Made by a program: the position numbers and the translations under genes. Shown here one piece after another: positions 63,956 to 64,000 of a stretch of DNA of 64,000 nucleotides; position 1 is the first letter of the stretch; each line of letters starts with the position of its first letter. The DNA lies in assembly GCA_036000665.1 (NCBI GenBank), contig DASYUZ010000112.1:19442-83441 (forward strand), read 5' to 3'. Origin of the DNA: Gaiellaceae bacterium (GTDB lineage: Bacteria > Actinomycetota > Thermoleophilia > Gaiellales > Gaiellaceae). The notes beneath the pieces are model-generated. The model searched no databases and had not been told where the DNA came from. It saw only the letters and a list, made by a program, of their open reading frames with translations.

Positions 63956-64000
63956 ATGTCACACCGCCGCACGTGGGCCGCCCTTGTGTGCGTGCTCACC
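63956..64000 (+). CDS. 5' end of a CDS running off the window (probable secreted or membrane protein)
   Basis: GAGGGAGGAGAGGAG SD precedes ATG 63956. The product MSHRRTWAALVCVLT.. looks like the start of a signal peptide. Confidence 0.4.
   Translation, partial: MSHRRTWAALVCVLT

Overview
A very GC-rich, gene-dense bacterial chromosome segment with no rRNA genes, CRISPR arrays, transposases or integrases visible. GC content was judged by eye and not computed. All family calls come from motifs read in the translations; no homology search was possible. The fused fbiC, the hrcA-dnaJ pair without grpE/dnaK, and the many predicted leaderless genes suggest an actinobacterium, possibly deep-branching. 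That assignment is an inference. The layout has four parts. (1) 1-21157 is a long co-directional, mostly translationally coupled cluster. It holds a CoxL-like Mo-hydroxylase, CoxG, an LLM oxidoreductase, M20 and M24 hydrolases, FAH, an HMGL-like lyase, RidA, an FAD oxidoreductase, two PanE-like reductases and a branched-chain-type ABC importer, and it ends with fbiC. (2) 21187-24181 holds DoxX, a DsbA/FrnE-like gene, lysA and a cupin. (3) 24204-43858 is a conserved housekeeping block: leuS, comEA, comEC, holA, rpsT, murJ, lepA, hemW, hrcA, dnaJ, prmA, mtaB, HIT, yqeY, phoH, ybeY, dgkA-PAP2, cdd and era. (4) 43985-64000 holds an FRG-domain gene, deoC plus two ALDH genes, a TrpC-like/GT39/membrane spermidine-synthase-like trio, pfk, tRNA-Leu(CAA), a second ABC importer, a LarA-like gene, polA and a secreted hydrolase-like gene. 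The most interesting signals are these. An in-frame TGA sits exactly at the first Cys of the DsbA-like CxxC motif and has a SECIS-like hairpin downstream. A leaderless mini-ORF (MKELLLL) plus an intrinsic terminator lies in front of leuS. A three-copy intergenic G-run/C-run palindromic repeat family is present. TANNNT boxes recur 6-8 nt before start codons. Two housekeeping genes appear to need CTG starts. There is also a catalytically gutted ALDH paralog and a DgkA-PAP2 fusion.
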